The position numbers and the translations under genes were made by a program. Source: the human T2T-CHM13v2.0 reference genome, Homo sapiens. From it: 64,000 nucleotides of DNA. This document shows positions 1 to 11,234 of this stretch, piece by piece. Each line of letters opens with the position of its first letter. Position 1 is the first letter of the stretch. Location: NCBI RefSeq assembly GCF_009914755.1, contig NC_060933.1; one strand, given 5' to 3'. The notes beneath the pieces were generated by a model. It was not told the origin of the DNA. It saw nothing but the letters and a program-made list of their open reading frames with translations, and made no database searches.

Positions 1-17
1 TTTCGTTGGACACGGGA
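1..17 (+). promoter_or_regulatory. CENP-B box, HOR-marker variant TTTCGTTGGACACGGGA (one per HOR)
   Basis: It keeps the essential core nTTCGnnnnAnnCGGGn. It recurs at 1535, 4085, 5619, 8171, 10043 (variant), 11235, 13958, 16510, 21783, 24335, 29608, 32160, 37432, 40664, 45936, 49168, 53081, 55633, 58186 and 63630. Confidence 0.9.
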
Positions 18-170
18 TATCTTCATATAAAATCTAGACAGAAGCATTCTCAGAAACTTCTTTGTGCTGTATGTCCTCAATTAACAGAGTTGAACCTTTG
101 TGTGGATACAGCATTTTGGAAACATTCCTTTAGTAGAATCTGCAAGTTGATATTTAGATAGCTAGGAAGA

Positions 171-187
171 TTTCCTTGGAAACGGGA
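171..187 (+). promoter_or_regulatory. Degenerate CENP-B box TTTCCTTGGAAACGGGA (one per HOR)
   Basis: The essential TTCG is changed to TTCC. It lies 170 bp after the marker box in each HOR, e.g. at 1705 and 8341. Confidence 0.85.
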
Positions 188-512
188 ATATCTTCATATA
201 AAATCTAGACGGAAGCATTCTCAGAAAGTGCTTTGTGATGTTTGCATTCAAGTCACAGAGTTGAATATTCCCTTTTCTAGAGCAGGTTTGAAACACTCTT
301 TCTGCACTACCTGGAAGTGGACATTTGGAGCGCTTTGAGGCCTATGTTGAAAAACGAAATATCTTCCCATAAAAACTAGACAGAAGCATTCTCAGAAACT
401 TGTTTGTGATGTGTGTATTCAACTAACAGAGATGAACCTTTCTTTTTACAGAGCAGTTTTGAAACACTCTTTTTGTGGAATCTGAAAGTGGATATTTGGA
501 TAGCTTTGAGGA

Positions 513-529
513 TTTCGTTGGAAACGGGA
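513..529 (+). promoter_or_regulatory. Canonical CENP-B box TTTCGTTGGAAACGGGA (representative; recurs about every 340 bp)
   Basis: Exact match to YTTCGTTGGAARCGGGA; the next copies are at 851 and 1193. Confidence 0.95.
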
Positions 530-679
530 TTACATATAAAACCTAGAGAGAAGCATTCTCAGGAACTTCTTTGTGATGTTCGCATTCAAGTCACAGGACT
601 GAACGTTCCCTTTCATAGAGCAGGTTTGAAACACTCTTTCTGTAGTATCTGCAAGCTGACGTTTCATGCGTTTTCAGGC

Positions 680-696
680 CTATGGTGAGAAAGGAA
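680..696 (+). promoter_or_regulatory. pJalpha/A-box motif CTATGGTGAGAAAGGAA (representative of A-type monomers)
   Basis: It occupies the position homologous to the CENP-B box in the alternate monomers. Variants include CTATGTTGAAAAAGGAA and CTATGATGAAAAAGGAA. Confidence 0.75.
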
Positions 697-1534
697 ATAT
701 CTTCAAGTAAAAACTAGACAGAAGCATTCTCAGAAACTTATTTGCCATGTGTGTTCTCAACTAACAGAGTTGAACCTTTGTTTTGATACGGCATTTTGGA
801 AACACTCTTTTTGTAGAATCTGCAGGTGGATATTCGGATAGCTTTGAAGGTTTCGTTGGAAACGGGAATATCTTCATATAAAATCTAGACGGAAGCATTC
901 TCAGAAACTGCTTTGTGATGTTTTCATTCAAGTCACAGAGTAGAATGTTCCCTGTTATATACCAGGTTTGAGACACTCTTTCTGCACTACCTGGAAGTGG
1001 ACGTTTGGAGCGCTTTGAGGCGTATGTTGAAAAAGGAAATATCTTCCCATAAAAACTAGACAGAAGCATTCTCAGAAACTTATTTGCGATGTGTGTTCTC
1101 AACTAAAAGAGTTGAACCTTTGTTTGGATACAGCACTTTGGAAACACTCTTTTTGTAGAATCTGCAAGTGGATATTTGGATAGCTTTGAAGGTTTCGTTG
1201 GAAACGGGAATATCTTCATATAAAATCAAGAGAGAAGCATTCTCAGAAACTTCTCTGTGATGTTTGCATTCAACTCATAGAGTTGAACACTTCCCTTCAT
1301 ACAGCAGGTTTGAAACACTCTTTTTCTAATATTTGGAAGTGGACATTTGCAGTGCTTTGAGGCCTATGTTGAAAAAGGAAATATCTTCTCCTAAAAACCA
1401 GACAGAAGCATTCTCAGAAACTTCCTTGTGATGTGTGTACTCAAGTAACAGAGTTGAACCTTCCTTTTGACAGAGCAGTTTTGAAGCACTCTTTTTGTAG
1501 AATCTGCAAGTGGATATTTTGATACCTTTGAGGA

Positions 1535-4084
1535 TTTCGTTGGACACGGGATATCTTCATATAAAATCTAGACAGAAGCATTCTCAGAAACTTCTTTGTG
1601 CTGTATGTCCTCAATTAACAGAGTTGAACCTTTGTGTGGATACAGCATTTTGGAAACATTCCTTTAGTAGAATCTGCAAGTTGATATTTAGATAGCTAGG
1701 AAGATTTCCTTGGAAACGGGAATATCTTCATATAAAATCTAGACGGAAGCATTCTCAGAAAGTGCTTTGTGATGTTTGCATTCAAGTCACAGAGTTGAAT
1801 ATTCCCTTTTATAGAGCAGGTTTGAAACACTCTTTCTGCACTACCTGGAAGTGGACATTTGGAGCGCTTTGAGGCCTATGTTGAAAAAGGAAATATCTTC
1901 CCATAAAAACTAGACAGAAGCATTCTCAGAAACTTGTTTGTGATGTGTGTATTCAACTAACAGAGATGAACCTTTCTTTTTACAGAGCAGTTTTGAAACA
2001 CTCTTTTTGTGGAATCTGAAAGTGGATATTTGGATAGCTTTGAGGATTTCGTTGGAAACGGGATTACATATAAAACCTAGAGAGAAGCATTCTCAGGAAC
2101 TTCTTTGTGATGTTTGCATTCAAGTCACAGAACTGAACATTCCCTTTCATAGAGCAGGTTTGAAACACTCTTTCTGTAGTATCTGCAAGCTGACGTTTCA
2201 AGCGCTTTCAGGCCTATGGTGAGAAAGGAAATATCTTCAAGTAAAAACTAGACAGAAGCATTCTCAGAAACTTATTTGCCATGTGTGTTCTCAACTAACA
2301 GAGTTGAACCTTTGTTTTGATACGGCATTTTGGAAACACTCTTTTTGTAGAATCTGCAGGTGGATATTCGGATAGCTTTGAAGGTTTCGTTGGAAACGGG
2401 AATATCTTCATATAAAATCTAGACGGAAGCATTCTCAGAAACTGCTTTGTGATGTTTTCATTCAAGTCACAGAGTAGATGTTCCCTGTTATATACCAGGT
2501 TTGAGACACTCTTTCTGCACTACCTGGAAGTGGACGTTTGGAGCGCTTTGAGGCCTATGTTGAAAAAGGAAATATCTTCCCATAAAAACTAGACAGAAGC
2601 ATTCTCAGAAACTTGTTTGTGATGTGTGTATTCAACTAACAGAGATGAACCTTTCTTTTTACAGAGCAGTTTTGAAACACTCTTTTTGTGGAATCTGAAA
2701 GTGGTTATTTGGATAGCTTTGAGGATTTCGTTTGAAAAGGGATTACATATAAAATCTAGAGAAAAGCATTCTCAGGAACTTCTTTGTGATGTTTGCATTC
2801 ACGTCACAAACTGAACATTCCCTTTCATAGAGCATGTTTGAAACACTCTTTCTGTAGTATCTGCAAACGGACATTTCAAACGCTTTCAGGCCTATGGTGA
2901 GAAAGGAAATATCTTCAAATAAAAACTAGACAGAAGCATTCTCAGAAACTTATTTGCGATGTGTGTCCTCAACTAACAGAGTTGAACCTTTCTTTTGATA
3001 CAACATTTTGGAACCACTCTTTTTGTAGAATCTGCAAGTGGATATTTGGATAGCTTTGAAGGTTTCGTTGGAAACGGGAATATCTTCATATAAAATCAAG
3101 ACAGAAGCATTCTCAGAAACTTCTCTGTGATGTTTGCATTCAACTCATAGAGTTGAACACTTCCCTTCATACAGCAGGTTTGAAACACTCTTTTTGTAAT
3201 ATTTGGAAGTGGACATTTGCAGCGCTTTGAGGCCTATGATGAAAAAGGAAATATCTTCCCATAAAAACTAGACAGAAGCATTCTCAGAAACTTGTTTGTG
3301 ATGTGTGTATTCAACTAACAGAGATGAACCTTTCTTTTTACAGAGCAGTTTTGAAACACTCTTTTTGTGGAATCTGAAAGTGGATATTTGGATAGCTTTG
3401 CGGATTTCGTTGGAAACGGGATTGCATATAAAATCTAGGGAGAAGCATTCTCAGGAACTTCTTTGTGATGTTTGCATTCAAGTCACAGAACTGAACATTC
3501 CCTTTCATAGAGCAGGTTTGAAACACTCTTTCTGTAGTATCTGCAAGCGGACGTTTGAAGCGCTTTCAGGCCTGTGGTGAAAAAGGAAATATCTTCAAAT
3601 AAAAACTAGACAGAAGCATTCTCAGAAACTTACTTGCGATGTGTGTTCTCAACTAAAAGAGTTGAACCTTTGTTTGGATACAGCATTTTGGAAACACTCT
3701 TTTTGTAGAATCTGCAAGTGGATATTTGGATAGCTTTGTAGGTTTCGTTGGAAACGGGAATATCTTCATATAAAATCAAGACAGAAGCATTCTCAGAAAC
3801 TTCTCTGTGATGTTTGCATTCAACTCATAGAGTTGAACACTTCCCTTCATACAGCAGGTTTGAAACACTCTTTTTCTAATATTTGGAAGTGGACATTTGC
3901 AGCGCTTTGAGGCCTATGTTGAAAAAGGAAATATCTTCTCCTAAAAACCAGACAGAAGCATTCTCAGAAACATCCTTGTGATGTGTGTACTCAAGTAACA
4001 GAGTTGAACCTTCCTTTTGACAGAGCAGTTTTGAAGCACTCTTTTTGTAGAATCTGCAAGTGGATATTTTGATACCTTTGAGGA
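1535..4084 (+). repeat. 15-mer HOR (2550 bp, two 1-bp deletions)
   Basis: Marker spacing; tetramer steps are 679 bp (ORFs at 1947, 2626 and 3305). Confidence 0.85.
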
Positions 4085-5618
4085 TTTCGTTGGACACGGG
4101 ATATCTTCATATAAAATCTAGACAGAAGCATTCTCAGAAACTTCTTTGTGCTGTATGTCCTCAATTAACAGAGTTGAACCTTTGTGTGGATACAGCATTT
4201 TGGAAACATTCCTTTAGTAGAATCTGCAAGTTGATATTTAGATAGCTAGGAAGATTTCCTTGGAAACGGGAATATCTTCATATAAAATCTAGACGGAAGC
4301 ATTCTCAGAAAGTGCTTTGTGATGTTTCCATTCAAGTCACAGAGTTGAATATTCCCTTTTATAGAGCAGGTTTGAAACACTCTTTCTGCACTACCTGGAA
4401 GTGGACATTTGGAGCGCTTTGAGGCCTATGTAGAAAAAGGAAATATCTTCCCATAAAAACTAGACAGAAGCATTGTCAGAAACTTGTTTGTGATGTGTGT
4501 ATTCAACTAACAGAGATGAACCTTTCTTTTTACAGAACAGTTTTGAAACACTCTTTTTGTGGAATCTGAAAGTGGATATTTGGATAGCTTTGAGGATTTC
4601 GTTGGAAACGGGATTACATATAAAACCTAGAGAGAAGCATTCTCAGGAACTTCTTTGTGATGTTTGCATTCAAGTCACAGGACTGAACGTTCCCTTTCAT
4701 AGAGCAGGTTTGAAACACTCTTTCTGTAGTATCTGCAAGCTGACGTTTCATGCGTTTTCAGGCCTATGGTGAGAAAGGAAATATCTTCAAGTAAAAACTA
4801 GACAGAAGCATTCTCAGAAACTTATTTGCCATGTGTGTTCTCAACTAACAGAGTTGAACCTTTGTTTTGATACGGCATTTTGGAAACACTCTTTTTGTAG
4901 AATCTGCAGGTGGATATTCGGATAGCTTTGAAGGTTTCGTTGGAAACGGGAATATCTTCATATAAAATCTAGACGGAAGCATTCTCAGAAACTGCTTTGT
5001 GATGTTTTCATTCAAGTCACAGAGTAGAATGTTCCCTGTTATATACCAGGTTTGAGACACTCTTTCTGCACTACCTGGAAGTGGACGTTTGGAGCGCTTT
5101 GAGGCGTATGTTGAAAAAGGAAATATCTTCCCATAAAAACTAGACAGAAGCATTCTCAGAAACTTATTTGCGATGTGTGTTCTCAACTAAAAGAGTTGAA
5201 CCTTTGTTTGGATACAGCACTTTGGAAACACTCTTTTTGTAGAATCTGCAAGTGGATATTTGGATAGCTTTGAAGGTTTCGTTGGAAACGGGAATATCTT
5301 CATATAAAATCAAGAGAGAAGCATTCTCAGAAACTTCTCTGTGATGTTTGCATTCAACTCATAGAGTTGAACACTTCCCTTCATACAGCTGGTTTGAAAC
5401 ACTCTTTTTCTAATATTTGGAAGTGGACATTTGCAGCGCTTTGAGGCCTATGTTGAAAAAGGAAATATCTTCTCCTAAAAACCAGACAGAAGCATTCTCA
5501 GAAACTTCCTTGTGATGTGTGTACTCAAGTAACAGAGTTGAACCTTCCTTTTGACAGAGCAGTTTTGAAGCACTCTTTTTGTAGAATCTGCAAGTGGATA
5601 TTTTGATACCTTTGAGGA
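4085..5618 (+). repeat. 9-mer HOR variant (1534 bp), copy 2
   Basis: Marker spacing; the 113-aa artefact ORF is identical at 761 and 4845. Confidence 0.85.
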
Positions 5619-8170
5619 TTTCGTTGGACACGGGATATCTTCATATAAAATCTAGACAGAAGCATTCTCAGAAACTTCTTTGTGCTGTATGTCCTCAATT
5701 AACAGAGTTGAACCTTTGTGTGGATACAGCATTTTGGAAACATTCCTTTAGGAGAATCTGCAAGTTGATATTTAGATAGCTAGGAAGATTTCCTTGGAAA
5801 CGGGAATATCTTCATATAAAATCTAGACGGAAGCATTCTCAGAAAGTGCTTTGTGATGTTTGCATTCAAGTCACAGAGTTGAATATTCCCTTTTATAGAG
5901 CAGGTTTGAAACACTCTTTCTGCACTACCTGGAAGTGGACATTTGGAGCGCTTTGAGGCCTATGTTGAAAAAGGAAATATCTTCCCATAAAAACTAGACA
6001 GAAGCATTCTCAGAAACTTGTTTGTGATGTGTGTATTCAACTAACAGAGATGAACTTTTCTTTTTACAGAGCAGTTTTGAAACACTCTTTTTGTGGAATC
6101 TGAAAGTGGATATTTGGATAGCTTTGAGGATTTCGTTGGAAACGGGATTACATATAAAACCTAGAGAGAAGCATTCTCAGGAACTCCTTTGTGATGTTTG
6201 CCTTCAAGTCACAGGACTGAACATTCCCTTTCATAGAGCAGGTTTGAAACACTCTTTCTGTAGTATCTGCAAGCTGACGTTTCAAGCGCTTTCAGGCCTA
6301 TGGTGAGAAAGGAAATATCTTCAAGTAAAAACTAGACAGAAGCATTCTCAGAAACTTATTTGCCATGTGTGTTCTCAACTAACAGAGTTGAACCTTTGTT
6401 TTGATACGGCATTTTGGAAACACTCTTTTTGTAGAATCTGCAGGTGGATATACGGATATCTTTGAAGGTTTCGTTGGAAACGGGAATATCTTCATATAAA
6501 GTCTAGACGGAAGCATTCTCAGAAACTGCTTTGTGATGTTTTCATTCAAGTCACAGAGTAGAATGTTCGCTGTTATATACCAGGTTTGAGACACTCTTTC
6601 TGCACTACCTGGAAGTGGACGTTTGGAGCGCTTTGAGCCCTATGATGAAAAAGGAAATATCTTCCCATAAAAACTAGACAGAAGCATTCTCAGAAACTTG
6701 TTTGTGATGTGTGTATTCAACTAACAGAGATGAACCTTTCTTTTTACAGAGCAGTTTTGAAACACTCTTTTTGTGGAATCTGAAAGTGGATATTTGGATA
6801 GCTTTGAGGATTTCGTTGGAAACGGGATTACATATAAAATCTAGAGAGAAGCATTCTCAGGAACTTCTTTGTGATGTTTGCATTCAAGTCACAGAACTGA
6901 ACATTCCCTTTCATAGAGCATGTTTGAAACACTCTTTCTGTAGTATCTGCAAACGGACATTTCAAACGCTTTCAGGCCTATGGTGAGAAAGGAAATATCT
7001 TCAAATAAAAACTAGACAGAAGCATTCTCAGAAACTTATTTGCGATGTGTGTCCTCAACTAACAGAGTTGAACCTTTCTTTTGATACAACATTTTGGAAA
7101 CACTCTTTTTGTAGAATCTGCAAGTGGATATTTGGATAGCTTTGAAGGTTTCGTTGGAAACGGGAATATCTTCATATAAAATCAAGACAGAAGCATTCTC
7201 AGAAACTTCTCTGTGATGTTTGCATTCAACTCATAGAGTTGAACACTTCCCTTCATACAGCAGGTTTGAAACACTCTTTTTGTAATATTTGGAAGTGGAC
7301 ATTTGCAGCGCTTTGAGGCCTATGATGAAAAAGGAAATATCTTCCCATAAAAACTAGACAGAAGCATTCTCAGAAACTTGTTTGTGATGTGTGTATTCAA
7401 CTAACAGAGATGAACCTTTCTTTTTACAGAGCAGTTTTGAAACACTCTTTTTGTGGAATCTGAAAGTGGATATTTGGATAGCTTTGCGGATTTCGTTGGA
7501 AACGGGATTACATATAAAATCTAGGGAGAAGCATTCTCAGGAACTTCTTTGTGATGTTTGCATTCAAGTCACAGAACTGAACATTCCCTTTCATAGAGCA
7601 GGTTTGAAACACTCTTTCTGTAGTATCTGCAAGCGGACGTTTTAAGCGTTTTCAGGCCTGTGGTGAGAAAGGAAATATCTTCAAATAAAAACTAGACAGA
7701 AGCATTCTCAGAAACTTATTTGCGATGTGTGTCCTCAACTAACAGAGTTGAACCTTTCTTTTGATACAACATTTTGGAAACACTCTTTTTGTAGAATCTG
7801 CAAGTGGATATTTGGATAGCTTTGAAGGTTTCGTTGGAAACGGGAATATCTTCATATGAAATCAAGACAGAAGCATTCTCAGAAACTTCTCTGTGATGTT
7901 TGCATTCAACTCATAGAGTTGAACACTTCCCTTCATACAGCAGGTTTGAAACACTCTTTTTCTAATATTTGGAAGTGGACATTTGCAGCGCTTTGAGGCC
8001 TATGTTGAAAAAGGAAATATCTTCTCCTAAAAACCAGACAGAAGCATTCTCAGAAACTTCCTTGTGATGTGTGTACTCAAGTAACAGAGTTGAACCTTCC
8101 TTTTGACGGAGCAGTTTTGAAGCACTCTTTTTGTAGAATCTGCAAGTGGATATTTTGATACCTTTGAGGA
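5619..8170 (+). repeat. 15-mer HOR (2552 bp)
   Basis: Marker spacing. Confidence 0.85.
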
Positions 8171-10042
8171 TTTCGTTGGACACGGGATATCTTCATATAA
8201 AATCTAGACAGAAGCATTCTCAGAAACTTCTTTGTGCTGTATGTCCTCAATTAACAGAGTTGAACCTTTGTGTGGATACAGCATTTTGGAAACATTCCTT
8301 TAGTAGAATCTGCAAGTTGATATTTAGATAGCTAGGAAGATTTCCTTGGAAACGGGAATATCTTCATATAAAATCTAGACGGAAGCATTCTCAGAAAGTG
8401 CTTTGTGATGTTTGCATTCAAGTCACAGAGTTGAATATTCCCTTTTATAGAGCAGGTTTGAAACACTCTTTCTGCACTACCTGGAAGTGGACATTTGGAG
8501 CGCTTTGAGGCCTATGTTGAGAAAGGAAATATCTTCCCATAAAAACTAGACAGAAGCATTCTCAGAAACTTGTTTGTGATGTGTGTATTCAACTAACAGA
8601 GATGAACGTTTCTTTTTACAGAGCAGTTTTGAAACACTCTTTTTGTGGAATCTGAAAGTGGATATTTGGATAGCTTTGAGGATTTCGTTGGAAACGGGAT
8701 TACATATAAAACCTAGAGAGAAGCATTCTCAGGAACTTCTTTGTGATGTTTGCCTTCAAGTCACAGGAATGAACATTCCCTTTCATAGAGCATGTTTGAA
8801 ACACTCTTTCTGTAGTATCTGCAAGCTGACGTTTCATGCGCTTTCAGGCCTATGGTGAGAAAGGAAATATCTTCAAGTAAAAACTAGACAGAAGCATTGT
8901 CAGAAACTTATTTGCCATGTGTGTTCTCAACTAACAGAGTTGAACCTTTGTTTTGATACGGCATTTTGGAAACACTCTTTTTGTAGAATCTGCAGGTGGA
9001 TATTCGGATAGCTTTGAAGGTTTCGTTGGAAACGGGAATATCTTCATATAAAATCTAGACGGAAGCATTCTCAGAAACTGCTTTGTGATGTTTTCATTCA
9101 AGTCACAGTGTAGAATGTTCCCTGTTATATACCAGGTTTGAGACACTCTTTCTGCACTACCTGGAAGGGGACGTTTGGAGCGCTTTGAGGCCTATGTTGA
9201 AAAAGGAAATATCTTCCCATAAAAACTAGACAGAAGCATTCTCAGAAACTTGTTTCTGATGTGTGTATTCAACTAACAGAGATGAACCTTTCTTTTTACA
9301 GAGTAGTTTTGAAACACTCTTTTTGTGGAATCTGAAAGTGGATATTTGGATAGCTTTGCGGATTTCGTTGGAAACGGGATTACATATAAAATCTAGGGAG
9401 AAGCATTCTCAGGAACTTCTTTGTGATGTTTGCATTCAAGTCACAGAACTGAACATTCCCTTTCATAGAGCAGGTTTGAAACACTCTTTCTGTAGTATCT
9501 GCAAGTGGACGTTTCAAGCGCTTTCAGGCCTGTGGTGAAAAAGGAAATATCTTCAAATAAAAACTAGACAGAAGCATTCTCAGAAACTTATTTGCGATGT
9601 GTGTTCTCAGCTAACAGAGTTGAACCTTTGTTTTGATACAGCATTTTGGAAACACTCTTTTTGTAGGATCTGCAGGTGGATGTTTGGATAGCTTTGAAGG
9701 TTTCTTTGGAAACGGGAATATCTTCATATAAAATCAAGACAGAAGCATTCTCAGAAACTTCTCTGTTCTGTTTGCATTCAACTCATAGAGTTGAACACTT
9801 CCTTTCATAGAGCTGGTTTGAAATACTCTTTTTGTAATATTTGGAAGTGGACATTGGCAGCGGTTTGAAGCCTATGGTGAAAAAGGAGATATCTTCTCCT
9901 AAAAACCAGACAGAAGCATTCTCAGAATCTTTCTTGTGATGTGTGTACTGAAGTAACAGAGTTGAACCTTCATTTTGACGGAGCAGTTTTGAAGCACTCT
10001 TTTTGTAGAATCTGCAAGTGGATATTTTGATACCTTTGAGGA
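8171..10042 (+). repeat. 11-mer HOR (1872 bp) with divergent distal monomers
   Basis: Marker spacing; many private substitutions after ~9500. Confidence 0.85.
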
Positions 10043-11234
10043 TTTCGTTAGACACGGGATATCTTCATATAAAATCTAGACAGAAGCATTCTCAGAAACT
10101 TCTTTGTGCTGTATGTCCTCAATTAACAGAGTTGAACCTTTGTGTGGATACAGCAATTTGGAAACTTTCCTTTAGTAGAATCTGCAAGTTGATATTTAGA
10201 TAGCTAGGAAGATTTCCTTGGAAACGGGAATATCTTCATATAAAATCTAGACGGAAGCATTCTCAGAAAGTGCTTTGTGATGTTTTCATTCAAGTCACAG
10301 AGTAGAATGTTCCCTGTTATATACCAGGTTTGAGACACTCTTTCTGCACTATCTGGAAGTGGACATTTGGAGCGCTTTGAGGCCTATGTTGAAAAAGGAA
10401 ATATCTTCCCATAAAAACTAGACAGAAGCATTCTCAGAAACTTGTTTGTGATGTGTGTATTCAACTAACAGAGATGAACCTTTCTTTTTACAGAGCAGTT
10501 TTGAAACACTCTTTTTGTGGAATCTGAAAGTGGATATTTGGATAGCTTTGAGGATTTCGTTGGAAACGGGATTACATATAAAACCTAGAGAGAAGCATTC
10601 TCGGGAACTTCTTTGTGATGTTTGCATTCAAGTCACAGAACTGAACATTCCCTTTCATAGAGCAGGTTTGAAACACTCTTTCTGTAGTATCTGCAAGCGG
10701 ACGTTTTAAGCGCTTTCAGGCCTGTGGTGAGAAAGGAAATATCTTCAAATAAAAACTAGACAGAAGCATTCTCAGAAACTTATTTGCGATGTGTGTCCTC
10801 AACTAACAGAGTTGAACCTTTCTTTTGATACAACATTTTGGAAACACTCTTTTTGTAGAATCTGCAAGTGGATATTTGGATAGCTTTGAAGGTTTCGTTG
10901 GAAACGGGAATATCTTCATATGAAATCAAGACAGAAGCATTCTCCGAAACTTCTCTGTGATGTTTGCATTCAACTCATAGAGTTGAACACTTCCCTTCAT
11001 ACAGCAGGTTTGAAACACTCTTTTTCTAATATTTGGAAGTGGACATTTGCAGCGCTTTGAGGCCTATGTTGAAAAAGGAAATATCTTCTCCTAAAAACCA
11101 GACAGAAGCATTCTCAGAAACTTCCTTGTGATGTGTGTACTCAAGTAACAGAGTTGAACCTTCCTTTTGACGGAGCAGTTTTGAAGCACTCTTTTTGTAG
11201 AATCTGCAAGTGGATATTTTGATACCTTTGAGGA
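10043..11234 (+). repeat. 7-mer HOR (1192 bp)
   Basis: Marker spacing; a single A/C hybrid tetramer. Confidence 0.85.

Larger units (their letters stand above)
1..1534 (+). repeat. 9-mer HOR variant (1534 bp), copy 1
   Basis: Marker spacing 1 to 1535. Confidence 0.85.

Noticed and set aside
24-36. TATA-like CATATAAAA motifs as promoters
   Set aside because: They are an ordinary part of the alphoid monomer. Satellite transcription cannot be inferred from sequence alone.
10043-11234. Assigning the whole array to chr9 D9Z4 on the basis of the 7-mer and 11-mer units
   Set aside because: These sizes occur once each, and most units derive from a four-tetramer 19-mer. The assignment is not formally excluded without an alignment.
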